Below are positions 30,526 through 39,039 of a stretch of DNA of 64,000 nt, piece after piece (within the stretch, counting starts at the first letter, position 1; each line of letters begins with the position of its first letter). The notes under the pieces are model-generated. The model saw nothing but the letters and a program-made list of their open reading frames with translations. It was not told the DNA's origin and ran no database searches. Both the position numbers and the translations under genes were made by a program. The DNA is from a virus, in the IMG/VR virus record IMGVR_UViG_3300026488_000010; one strand, 5' to 3'.

Positions 30526-31242
30526 TTATAATACCCAAATCATTTGATCAGGTGGTGTTTTTCTTAAATCTTCTAATGTCTTCATTCGAAGTTCTTTTGC
30601 CTCTTGAATAAGCTCTTCAGCATTTAAATTTATTTCACCAAATGGTGTATTAAATCTATTAAACTTTTTTCTAATTTTACCAATAGCATTCATAATATAT
30701 GCGCATGCTAAGTCTCTAAAGAGATCATACATATCAGGATGAATTGATGTTGGATCAGAATGAACAACCTCTAATTCTAAAAGAAATTCATTATTTATAT
30801 AAGAGAATCCAGCCTTAGTTACTTCTATGATGTTTGGAGAAATAAATCTCATTGTATCTTCAGCTCTAACCATATTTGCCATATCTAAATAATTTTGACG
30901 AACTAGATAATCTGTAACATCACCAGTTACTGATTGACTAAACATGTGATCATAATCAACGTAATGTGCCTTATCAACTTTATTTAATATTTCCATAATT
31001 TTATAAGGAAAATTTGTGATCTCATACCTTAGTATCGGATCATCTGAAACAATGTGACCTTCTGTTACTTTGTACCATTTGTGTAAACCAGAGTACGCGC
31101 TAAATTCTGGTAGGACGTGCATTTGAATTTTTTCTATAATTTTTTGATCTGATATCTCTAGCGCCATTACATCGGCACCAAGCTCAGTTTTAATATGATC
31201 TAACACATTATCCCAGCTTTGCCAGCTATTACATTCAGTCAT
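30526..31242 (-). CDS. Neck/head-tail connector protein (T4 gp13-like)
   Basis: VLDHIKTELGA...; C-terminal IGKIRKKF...PFGEINLNAEELIQEAKE. Confidence 0.7.
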   Translation of the reverse strand: MTECNSWQSWDNVLDHIKTELGADVMALEISDQKIIEKIQMHVLPEFSAYSGLHKWYKVTEGHIVSDDPILRYEITNFPYKIMEILNKVDKAHYVDYDHMFSQSVTGDVTDYLVRQNYLDMANMVRAEDTMRFISPNIIEVTKAGFSYINNEFLLELEVVHSDPTSIHPDMYDLFRDLACAYIMNAIGKIRKKFNRFNTPFGEINLNAEELIQEAKELRMKTLEDLRKTPPDQMIWVL

Positions 31243-31323
31243 ATATTGCTCCTCGTATATCGCAGTATATACTATACGATATTTGTTTATTTTAATATTT
31301 GTTGTTTATGTTTGATTTCAACC

Positions 31324-31356
31324 ACAAGAAAGTATCTAGGCACATGCCTAGATACT
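31324..31356 (-). terminator. Hairpin + TTCTTGT terminator-like element
   Basis: Stem AGTATCTAGGCA/TGCCTAGATACT, then TTCTTGTGGTTGAA. Confidence 0.7.
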
Positions 31357-31594
31357 AATGCCCATAAGGACTTCGAGTGGAACGGCGAGTTCTATCATTT
31401 GAACGAATAGAACCGACGTTATTATTTAAAGGTTTTTGGCGGTCAGGTTGAGCACCAGCAGTTAATGCTGCTGCACCTCCAATCGCTAACCCACCTGCAC
31501 CTGCACCTGCAATAGCTGCTGTCTTACCATCAACATGATCAATCAACTCGTCAAAGAATTCTAAAATTAATCCTTTATTTATTTTTTCAATCAT
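31355..31594 (-). CDS. Leader-bearing Gly/Ala-rich small protein
   Basis: MIEKINKGLILE...AAIAGAGAGGLAIGGAAALTAG. Confidence 0.75.
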   Translation of the reverse strand: MIEKINKGLILEFFDELIDHVDGKTAAIAGAGAGGLAIGGAAALTAGAQPDRQKPLNNNVGSIRSNDRTRRSTRSPYGH

Positions 31595-32097
31595 TTTAAA
31601 GTGCTTCCCATTCGAGTACTAGGTGATAATACCGAACGAGTGCTGTCAAGCGCGCTTGTTTGTATATTAGCCATACCTTGATTCATTGGTCCAGCAACAA
31701 AAGGATTTAAATAATATTGACCGGGATTGTTCATCTTAACATCTTCGGTACCTTGAGCATATTCTTTTGAGCTTTCAGATGCTGAATCCATTTGAGCATT
31801 CCAAGGTTGACCATTTGGATCAACTTGTACTGTTGCTTCTGTTGGCAACTCTTTTGAATCTTTATGTTTTAATAATTCATAAGGGACTTGGTTATATACT
31901 TGGCCAAGTTTATTACCAATATGAGAGATTGGTCCACCAACCATAGGATTAAATATATACTGTCCAGGATTGCTATCAAGTGTTGCTGAGAGTGCTTGGT
32001 CTCTATTTACAAGAGCTTGTTGACGATTCTGCATAGATGTGTCCCATGCTCCATTAACTGCTTCTAAAATTAAACTCTTATTTATATCATATATCAT
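31591..32097 (-). CDS. Leader-bearing protein with internal NPGQY..NP.V.GP repeat
   Basis: Start reassigned to 32097: MIYDINKSLILE-AVNG. Confidence 0.75.
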   Translation of the reverse strand: MIYDINKSLILEAVNGAWDTSMQNRQQALVNRDQALSATLDSNPGQYIFNPMVGGPISHIGNKLGQVYNQVPYELLKHKDSKELPTEATVQVDPNGQPWNAQMDSASESSKEYAQGTEDVKMNNPGQYYLNPFVAGPMNQGMANIQTSALDSTRSVLSPSTRMGSTLK

Positions 32098-32098
32098 T

Positions 32099-32734
32099 TT
32101 ATTTCCCCTTTTTTGCTCGGACTTTTTTAGCAACATCTATTAATAATTTTGATGCTGAATTTCTTGTAGCTTTAACAGCTTTATCTTTTGCAGCTTTTGC
32201 AGCTTTGGTTGTTTTATCTACATATTTTTCACCATTCTTTGCTAAGTGTAATCCACCAGCAATAGTTGTGGCACTGACAGCTAATGTTTTTGCAGCTGTT
32301 GTTAAACCAGATTCATCTTCATCATCAGAATTGATTTCATCTAAATCTGTCGATTCCCCAAAATAACCTTTAACTGTATCAACTGTATCATTAATTGATT
32401 GAACAGTGTTTCCTAAACCATGACCAACATCATATGCTGCTCTTGGTACTAGTGCAATATTTGGATCAGTCTCAGCATTATATGCTGCCTTGACCGAGTC
32501 CATTGCCGTTCTCGCACCTGCTCCATAATCAACACCTCGTAAATTCGATGTACCAACTCCTGTTAACACCGCAGCATTATTAATAGAACTATTTACAGCT
32601 GATCCAAGATTACCATTATTCGCAGCATATGCTCCAATTCCTGCTAAAGATGCGCCTGCTACATATTTACCTTTATTACCATTAAGATGATTTAACAATC
32701 CTTCTTGTAATAAATAAATCATTTTTTGTTTCAT
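32099..32734 (-). CDS. Leader-bearing Gly/Ala-rich protein
   Basis: MKQKMIYLLQE-GLLNHL..NKGKYVAGASLAGIGAYAA. Confidence 0.75.
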   Translation of the reverse strand: MKQKMIYLLQEGLLNHLNGNKGKYVAGASLAGIGAYAANNGNLGSAVNSSINNAAVLTGVGTSNLRGVDYGAGARTAMDSVKAAYNAETDPNIALVPRAAYDVGHGLGNTVQSINDTVDTVKGYFGESTDLDEINSDDEDESGLTTAAKTLAVSATTIAGGLHLAKNGEKYVDKTTKAAKAAKDKAVKATRNSASKLLIDVAKKVRAKKGK

Positions 32735-32742
32735 TTTAATTC

Positions 32743-33255
32743 CTAAAATTTATTTTTTATATAATCAGTGTATGGTGTAACATGTGCAGCTAAGTTATCA
32801 TAAGCTAAACCTGCAGATACAATTGGATGTCTAACTGTAAAGTTTGTTTGATCTGGTTCTTGATCCATTGATGTTACTTTTTTAATAACATTTGATGCTG
32901 TGTCTTGTGCATGTGATAAAGCGTTTTCTTTTTGTATCGAGTGCTGATAATCATAAGTGTCGCCATTATGATCCCAATTTGATATTAAGTTATCAGGTTT
33001 AGAAAAAACTTCATTCGCTGCTTGTAACTTTGCTGTTATTGCATTAGCAGTTGATGCATTATGTAAATCGGCTGATGCTTCACCTGCAAAATCTTGAACT
33101 GCATCTTGTGCTTCAACACCTAATAAACCTTTACCTGCTGCGTATGTTCCAGCAGTTCCAGCAGCCGCTAAACCAGCAACATACTTACCATAATTGTTTT
33201 TTAGGTGATCAACAATCCCCTCTTCTATAATATGATTTTTAATATCAATTATCAT
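32743..33255 (-). CDS. Leader-bearing Gly/Ala-rich protein
   Basis: MIIDIKNHIIEE-GIVDHLKNNYGKYVAGLAAAGTAG. Confidence 0.75.
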   Translation of the reverse strand: MIIDIKNHIIEEGIVDHLKNNYGKYVAGLAAAGTAGTYAAGKGLLGVEAQDAVQDFAGEASADLHNASTANAITAKLQAANEVFSKPDNLISNWDHNGDTYDYQHSIQKENALSHAQDTASNVIKKVTSMDQEPDQTNFTVRHPIVSAGLAYDNLAAHVTPYTDYIKNKF

Positions 33256-33641
33256 TTTATTTCCTTATTATGTTTTCTATAGTAATTATTTGCACCTGCT
33301 CTAAATGCTGGAGCTGCTAATAATCCACCTAATGATGCGCCAATCGCGCCTGAAGCTGCTGGAACTACAAAATTATTATTTAGAGTATCAAATGAATCAT
33401 CACCGATATCAATATCATCATATTGTGATTTAACAATACCTAACCCAGTACCTACGGCAGCACCTATAGCAGCTGGAGCGGTACTCGCAGTTAAACCTGC
33501 AACATAAGTATTATTTGCTAAACCCAATGCTGTCATATTTTCTTTATCTCTTTTCGCCTCATAACTTTTATGTTTATCACGAATTCTATCTTTAATGATC
33601 GTTGCAAACTCTTCTATGATTTCAAATTTATTTAATTTCAT
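33252..33641 (-). CDS. Leader-bearing glycine-zipper protein
   Basis: Start reassigned to 33641: MKLNKFEIIEE; AAIGAAVGTGLG and GAIGASLGGLL segments. Confidence 0.75.
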   Translation of the reverse strand: MKLNKFEIIEEFATIIKDRIRDKHKSYEAKRDKENMTALGLANNTYVAGLTASTAPAAIGAAVGTGLGIVKSQYDDIDIGDDSFDTLNNNFVVPAASGAIGASLGGLLAAPAFRAGANNYYRKHNKEIK

Positions 33642-33642
33642 A

Positions 33643-34212
33643 TTATGCTCCATAACTTTTCATAAATTCTAATGTATCTGAATCTTTTATAGTATTACTT
33701 AAATTATCATGAGTTGTATCATGTGCTGTTGATTGTGCTGTTGATTGTGCTGTTGACTGAGATGTTGAATATGCTGGTGTATTTGCATCATCATTCGTTT
33801 TTCTACTAAAATCTGGTATCTTTTCTTTTAACTCATTAAAAACTTTTATTACTGTTGATTGATCTTCTGGACCTTGTATATCTTTTAAATGATCATTTTC
33901 AACAGCTGATGAGTTAGAATCTAGAGGTGAATCTTTTGTTTCACCTAATGTTTTAATACCATCACCATTAGCATCTGTACCATATGTTGAATTAAGTTTT
34001 ATCATTGAATCTTTTGACCAATCACCTGCTTTTTCAACGAAACCTTTTAAAGCTGAACCACCTCTATCAACAGCATCCTTAGCTGTTGGGCCAAAAGCAT
34101 TAGCATGTGCCAATGCTATACCACCTGCAGCCATTAAACCTTTTCCCCAATTATCTTTCACACTTTGTAAAACACCTTCTTGAATAAGGTGTGCTTTTAT
34201 ATCTATTATCAT
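33643..34212 (-). CDS. Leader-bearing Gly/Ala-rich protein
   Basis: MIIDIKAHLIQE-GVLQSVKDNWGKGLMAAGG. Confidence 0.75.
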   Translation of the reverse strand: MIIDIKAHLIQEGVLQSVKDNWGKGLMAAGGIALAHANAFGPTAKDAVDRGGSALKGFVEKAGDWSKDSMIKLNSTYGTDANGDGIKTLGETKDSPLDSNSSAVENDHLKDIQGPEDQSTVIKVFNELKEKIPDFSRKTNDDANTPAYSTSQSTAQSTAQSTAHDTTHDNLSNTIKDSDTLEFMKSYGA

Positions 34213-34311
34213 ATTGGTTTCCTCAAAATTTCTTATATAAATATCCTAAAATTCCTATATAAGAATTTCTATTAATTTGTTAGTATCCGGAGATACTAAC
34301 ATACTAACATA

Positions 34312-34848
34312 CTACCCTCTCATTCGTTGACCGAACTCAGTACCTTTTCTGATACCATACTCCGCCGCATTGTTAAGATTATTTAGACGAACAGCAGCCG
34401 CCCCTTTTCTTAACATAGAATCATCTTGAGATGTTGTATTGTATCCATGCTTAGCAAGACGTTGTTTAATCGGATTGATACTTGAACCATGCAATAATCT
34501 TTTTGCTGCGAATGATTGCCCAATCGTTCCAAGACCGGCCCCAATTGCTGCACCTGTCATATCATATTCATCATCATTAACTTCTTGATCAATATCATCT
34601 TGTTTCATTACCGCTTTATCAGCATATGAAAGATCACCATCACCATGTACAGAATTACCTGCTGCACCTCCAACTAACATACCGGCAGTTGGAGCCATAG
34701 ATGCAGCAGCCGCATTATTAAATGTTTTTGATGCTGAACTATGGTTTAATGCTCTAGTTGAACGTCTTGCAAATTTTTCAGCTTTTTCTGGAGAATCTAT
34801 TCTAAATGCTTCTTCTAAAAGAGCGCTTTTATCTATTGTATATATCAT
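34312..34848 (-). CDS. Leader-bearing glycine-zipper protein
   Basis: MIYTIDKSALLEE; GMLVGGAAG and GAAIGAGLGTIG. Confidence 0.75.
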   Translation of the reverse strand: MIYTIDKSALLEEAFRIDSPEKAEKFARRSTRALNHSSASKTFNNAAAASMAPTAGMLVGGAAGNSVHGDGDLSYADKAVMKQDDIDQEVNDDEYDMTGAAIGAGLGTIGQSFAAKRLLHGSSINPIKQRLAKHGYNTTSQDDSMLRKGAAAVRLNNLNNAAEYGIRKGTEFGQRMRG

Positions 34849-34888
34849 TTTATTTCCTATTTGATTATTTAATTATATGAATTTTAGC

Positions 34889-34921
34889 ACAAGAATAATC
34901 ATAGAGATAAACTCCATGATT
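34889..34921 (-). terminator. Hairpin + TTCTTGT terminator-like element
   Basis: Minus-strand stem AATCATGGAG/CTCTATGATT (one G-U pair), then TTCTTGTGCTAAA. Confidence 0.6.
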
Positions 34922-34948
34922 AAATTATGTGTAATTATGCGTAATTAT

Positions 34949-35608
34949 CTATCTACTTCTACCAAGATTTCCATAACCCGTAGGTCTAGAAACATTATTT
35001 GAAGGATGTGATAAATTTTGTTTGAATGCGGATCCACCACTTTTCAGAGCAGAGCCAAAATTCTTAACACCGTGACCAGTTGCAGCAACGCCACTTTTAG
35101 CAGCACCATATGCAGCATGTGCACCTTGTTTTACTTGAGAAGCTGTTTTACCAACACCATTTCCTGCAACATGTGCAGCAATACCCCCAGCAGCAGCTAA
35201 TCCAAGCCCACCTAAGATACCAATACCTGAATCATCATCAGCTGCATCATCAATAGGTGCAGCTGCGTCAACTGACGCATGCTGAGCATCATGTTCAACC
35301 TTTTGACGAACATCAGATACTGGAGCAGATTCTTTAGCTTGAAACATTTTGTCTCCACCATAGAAATGACCAGCAGCCGTTGCTTCGTTTCCGATTTTAG
35401 AACCAGCAGCTGAAGCAGCTCCTCGAACAGCATCGTAACTTCCATCAACAGCATTCTTAACACCTGAACCAAATGTTCCAGCATGTGCTAATCCAAGTCC
35501 AGCGCCAACAGCACCGACTTTCATACCATTTCTTGCCATCTGAGACATCTCTTCTTCTAATAGAGAAAGAGATTCTAAGATGATACTTTTATTTACATCA
35601 AAAATCAT
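34949..35608 (-). CDS. Leader-bearing Gly/Ala-rich protein
   Basis: MIFDVNKSIILE-SLSLLEEE...GAVGAGLGLAHAGTFG. Confidence 0.75.
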   Translation of the reverse strand: MIFDVNKSIILESLSLLEEEMSQMARNGMKVGAVGAGLGLAHAGTFGSGVKNAVDGSYDAVRGAASAAGSKIGNEATAAGHFYGGDKMFQAKESAPVSDVRQKVEHDAQHASVDAAAPIDDAADDDSGIGILGGLGLAAAGGIAAHVAGNGVGKTASQVKQGAHAAYGAAKSGVAATGHGVKNFGSALKSGGSAFKQNLSHPSNNVSRPTGYGNLGRSR

Positions 35609-35617
35609 ATTTGATCC

Positions 35618-36193
35618 TTAACGTGTTTGAGATTGAGGTCGAATAGGTGCACGATTTCTAAATTGTTGCATTCTACGTTTCAAAGTTTGTCCAGCAGCAG
35701 GAATTGCACGTTGTGCAATCATACCTGCTCCAACACCACCTGCTAGTGCACCTGCTCCAATAGCAGCAGCAGTTCCTGGATTGGCACCAATAACATTCCC
35801 AATAGAAGCAGTTTGACCCAAATTAAGCTCAGGATTGTAACCTTGAGAATATCCTTGCTGCATTGAGCTATTAATAACTTCGCCTGTATCATCATAATCC
35901 AAATCCATTGAACCATCTTCCATGTCGCCTGTTGCTAAACCAGCAACGCCTGCAACACCATGAGCAAGACCTTGAGCGCCACCAGCAACGTGATCAGCCC
36001 AAGATTCTTGTAAAAGATTTTGAACAGCTACGATTGTACCTTCTTCAACTAACATTTTACGAATTTGCATAATACTTTCATTGATAAGGATTTTACCTTG
36101 TAAAACAGTCTTTTCATCAAGACCATCGGACTCCTCTAAGAGTCCAAGATTGTATTGATTACGAGTGTTTTCTAATACTAAATCTAATTTCAT
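35618..36193 (-). CDS. MKLDL-family protein with Gly/Ala-rich C-terminus
   Basis: N-domain shared with 21753 and 36193. Confidence 0.8.
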   Translation of the reverse strand: MKLDLVLENTRNQYNLGLLEESDGLDEKTVLQGKILINESIMQIRKMLVEEGTIVAVQNLLQESWADHVAGGAQGLAHGVAGVAGLATGDMEDGSMDLDYDDTGEVINSSMQQGYSQGYNPELNLGQTASIGNVIGANPGTAAAIGAGALAGGVGAGMIAQRAIPAAGQTLKRRMQQFRNRAPIRPQSQTR

Positions 36194-36834
36194 TAGTCAT
36201 CTCCTAGTGCTGCAGCGGCAGCTCCACCAGCAGCTAATAGTGCGGCGGCAGCTCCACCTTTCTTAAGAAGAGATTTATCTTTCTTAGAACCAGTTGTTGC
36301 AGGTGTTTTATTACCAGCTTTTACAGGTGCTCCAGCTTTAGGTTCTGTTTTAGCAGAAGCCTTGTCATGTTTCTTTTGAGAAACTAATGCTTTTGATGCT
36401 TTAGACTTTTCTTTCTTAGCAACATTAGCAACCACAACTGCATGTTTCTTAGCTTTAACTTGGTCATCACGCTTTGCAATTTGCTTTTGAGCATTTTGTT
36501 TAGCAGCAACAGCCTTCTCAGCATCTTCTGCTTTCTTAGTACGCATTGCTTTTGCTTCTGCTTTCTTAGCAGCTTTCTCAGCGTTACGTTTAACTGTACG
36601 ATCAAAATTTGACTCTTCAATAACAGCATATGTCCATGCTTCTTCTAAAACTTGTTGAACAGCACTCATAGTACCTTCTTCAACTAACATTTTACGAATT
36701 TGCATAGTTGATTCGTTGATAAGAATCTTACCACGAAGCAACTCTGTTTCTGACATATTTTCTGATTCTTCAAGAAGTCCAAGATTGTAGCGATTACGAG
36801 TGTTTTCTAATACTAAATCTAACTTCATAATCAA
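36193..36834 (-). CDS. MKLDL-family protein with histone-H1-like Lys/Ala-rich C-terminus
   Basis: Shared N-domain; AEKAAKKAEAKA...GAAAALLAAGGAAAAALG. Confidence 0.8.
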   Translation of the reverse strand: MIMKLDLVLENTRNRYNLGLLEESENMSETELLRGKILINESTMQIRKMLVEEGTMSAVQQVLEEAWTYAVIEESNFDRTVKRNAEKAAKKAEAKAMRTKKAEDAEKAVAAKQNAQKQIAKRDDQVKAKKHAVVVANVAKKEKSKASKALVSQKKHDKASAKTEPKAGAPVKAGNKTPATTGSKKDKSLLKKGGAAAALLAAGGAAAAALGDD

Positions 36835-36838
36835 ATCC

Positions 36839-37423
36839 TTATTTTAGGTTTGCAAGGATTCTCGCAACCACATTTTCAGATTCTTCAAGAATTTCAGACT
36901 CTTCTTCGATTACAGTACTTTCTTCAACGATTGCACCTTCTTCAGACTCTTCAGACTCTTCAGACTCTTCACTTTCTTCAACGATTTCACCTTCTTCACT
37001 TTCTTCAACGATTTCACCTTCAGCTTCTTCAGACTCAGCCATTGGTTGAGGCTCTTCTGCCATTGGAGCATCTACAGGAAGTTCACCATGATCTTCTTCA
37101 GCATCAGCCATACCATCTTGATCACCATCTACTGGAATAAGTTGACCATCTTGGAATACATACTTGTTACCAACAGCATCGAATAATTCAATTGGTGATT
37201 CAGGAGCCATTTCTTCAGGAGCATCTGGTACTTCAATTGTATCAGGAATAAAATCCTCAGCAGCTTCAGTGATAATGTCAGCACATAAATTGTGATAAAA
37301 CTCAGACTCTTCTAATGTAACTGAACCTTTTTCAGCGATGTGGTTAAGAACCATAGCATTACCCATGTTCGTACTTGTTTCTTCTAAAACACTTGCTAGT
37401 GTTTGTGCAAAATATTCATTCAT
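36839..37423 (-). CDS. Highly acidic putative prohead scaffold/core protein
   Basis: Repeated IVEES/ESEE/ILEES motifs resembling multiple prohead-protease sites. Confidence 0.65.
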   Translation of the reverse strand: MNEYFAQTLASVLEETSTNMGNAMVLNHIAEKGSVTLEESEFYHNLCADIITEAAEDFIPDTIEVPDAPEEMAPESPIELFDAVGNKYVFQDGQLIPVDGDQDGMADAEEDHGELPVDAPMAEEPQPMAESEEAEGEIVEESEEGEIVEESEESEESEESEEGAIVEESTVIEEESEILEESENVVARILANLK

Positions 37424-37538
37424 ATTTTTACCTTTGTTTTAATTTTTTAATTTTGTGAATTGTTCTTGATTTGTGATTTTCTTAATTATTTGTTACCTAA
37501 GTGTTTTATTTATACCTAATTGTAAATAATTATAACAT

Positions 37539-38579
37539 CTAATCAAATATAAGTAGTTCTGTTATAGATAATGGCCCAAATTTAAAATTTGCAAGTTTAT
37601 CTTTCAACGGAAAGATAAACGTATCTAAATCATCATTTAACATTGTGTCTTCAACTAACGTAATCTCTTCCCATAATATATTTGGGGTATTAGAAGTTGA
37701 ATCATCAACAATATATATTGCACATGCTTTATTTATAATCTGATCTCTTAATGATATAGGAACTTCACAAGTGTTGTTCTCTATATTAAAATTAGATTCT
37801 GCTAATATATTTGCCTGTTTAAATTTTTGTTGTCTATCAGAGAAAACATCATTATCCATATCAATAAGAATCGGTGTTGTTTCTGTCTGTAAATTTTCAA
37901 CGATTTGTATACCATTGATAATCCGATTATCTATTGTTTGATTCCCAATAACATTTGGAACTCTTAATCTAATTTCTAAACCAATATCTAAACTTATTTC
38001 ATCTTCTACATTTTTTGTTTTTGTTGTTGATGTCACTTTAAATAGTGGCTCTAAACCAAACCATGCGAATCCTTCAGTTACTTGATCAGTGCTTCTATAA
38101 TGAACGCCATTCATATCATGAGATGGTTCCCAATTAGTCATATATTTATTAATATTAATAAAAGAATTATATCTATAAGCATAGAACATAAAATCTTTTG
38201 GAAACGCGCTGATAACATGATTATGATAATCAAGTAAATCAGCTAATGATGCTAAGTTTATTTTTAATTGCACCTGCATCGTAACCCATTTGAAGTCACA
38301 TAATATGGTTTCTTGTAAATCATGATTATTTGCGAGAACTTCAACTAACTCATCAGAGTGAGCACCGCCGATATAACGAAAGAATGCTTTATTATCATCA
38401 ACAGATATATCTGTTAAATTGATCATACACATAGGATATTCTTTAACATGTTCTTGATAAAGTTTATAATTTAAGAATGCTTTGTCTCCATAATTAAATT
38501 GCCAGTGTTCAATCTCAGGGAAATGTGAAGCAATAAATTTTTTAAAAGATTTTAAAAAATCTAAGTAATGACCATTCAT
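37539..38579 (-). CDS. Possible tail terminator (T4 gp15-like)
   Basis: YPMCMINLTDIS and VTMQVQLKINL..L.DLLDY..ISAFP loosely follow the gp15 pattern. Confidence 0.4.
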   Translation of the reverse strand: MNGHYLDFLKSFKKFIASHFPEIEHWQFNYGDKAFLNYKLYQEHVKEYPMCMINLTDISVDDNKAFFRYIGGAHSDELVEVLANNHDLQETILCDFKWVTMQVQLKINLASLADLLDYHNHVISAFPKDFMFYAYRYNSFININKYMTNWEPSHDMNGVHYRSTDQVTEGFAWFGLEPLFKVTSTTKTKNVEDEISLDIGLEIRLRVPNVIGNQTIDNRIINGIQIVENLQTETTPILIDMDNDVFSDRQQKFKQANILAESNFNIENNTCEVPISLRDQIINKACAIYIVDDSTSNTPNILWEEITLVEDTMLNDDLDTFIFPLKDKLANFKFGPLSITELLIFD

Positions 38580-38993
38580 TTATATCTCCTCTAACCGTTG
38601 ATTAATATTATATAAAGTTGTTGAACTAAAGAATAAACTAAAATCATCTTCTCCCTTATACTTTCTATGAAGAACCATGATCGTATCAGTTCCTAACAAT
38701 ATCCTATAGACCAATAAAGCATTATCAACTGTACCAAACGAATATGTTTGCCACTTATTAATCTCTTTAATTTTTATATGATTATCTTCAATAATGAATA
38801 ATTCATTATCTTTATTTTTATCATAAACTTTATCCAAATCTCTTATAAAATTTAATTTTAAATTATAATGTTCATTTAGATATTTATAATTTCCAGATAA
38901 TCTATATGCGTGATCTATAGATGATAAACGCATATAGACATATGGTGATGTTCTATGAGATATTGGAACCTTATACGACTCATAATTTTCCAT
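38580..38993 (-). CDS. Hypothetical protein
   Basis: 137-aa ORF with AAGGA SD. Confidence 0.7.
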   Translation of the reverse strand: MENYESYKVPISHRTSPYVYMRLSSIDHAYRLSGNYKYLNEHYNLKLNFIRDLDKVYDKNKDNELFIIEDNHIKIKEINKWQTYSFGTVDNALLVYRILLGTDTIMVLHRKYKGEDDFSLFFSSTTLYNINQRLEEI

Positions 38994-39009
38994 TTTATTT
39001 CCTTTTTGT

Positions 39010-39039
39010 AAAACGATCTTTATCGATAAAGATCGTTTT
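39010..39039. repeat. Perfect 30-bp palindrome at the end of the RNAP gene
   Basis: AAAACGATCTTTATCGATAAAGATCGTTTT. Confidence 0.95.
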
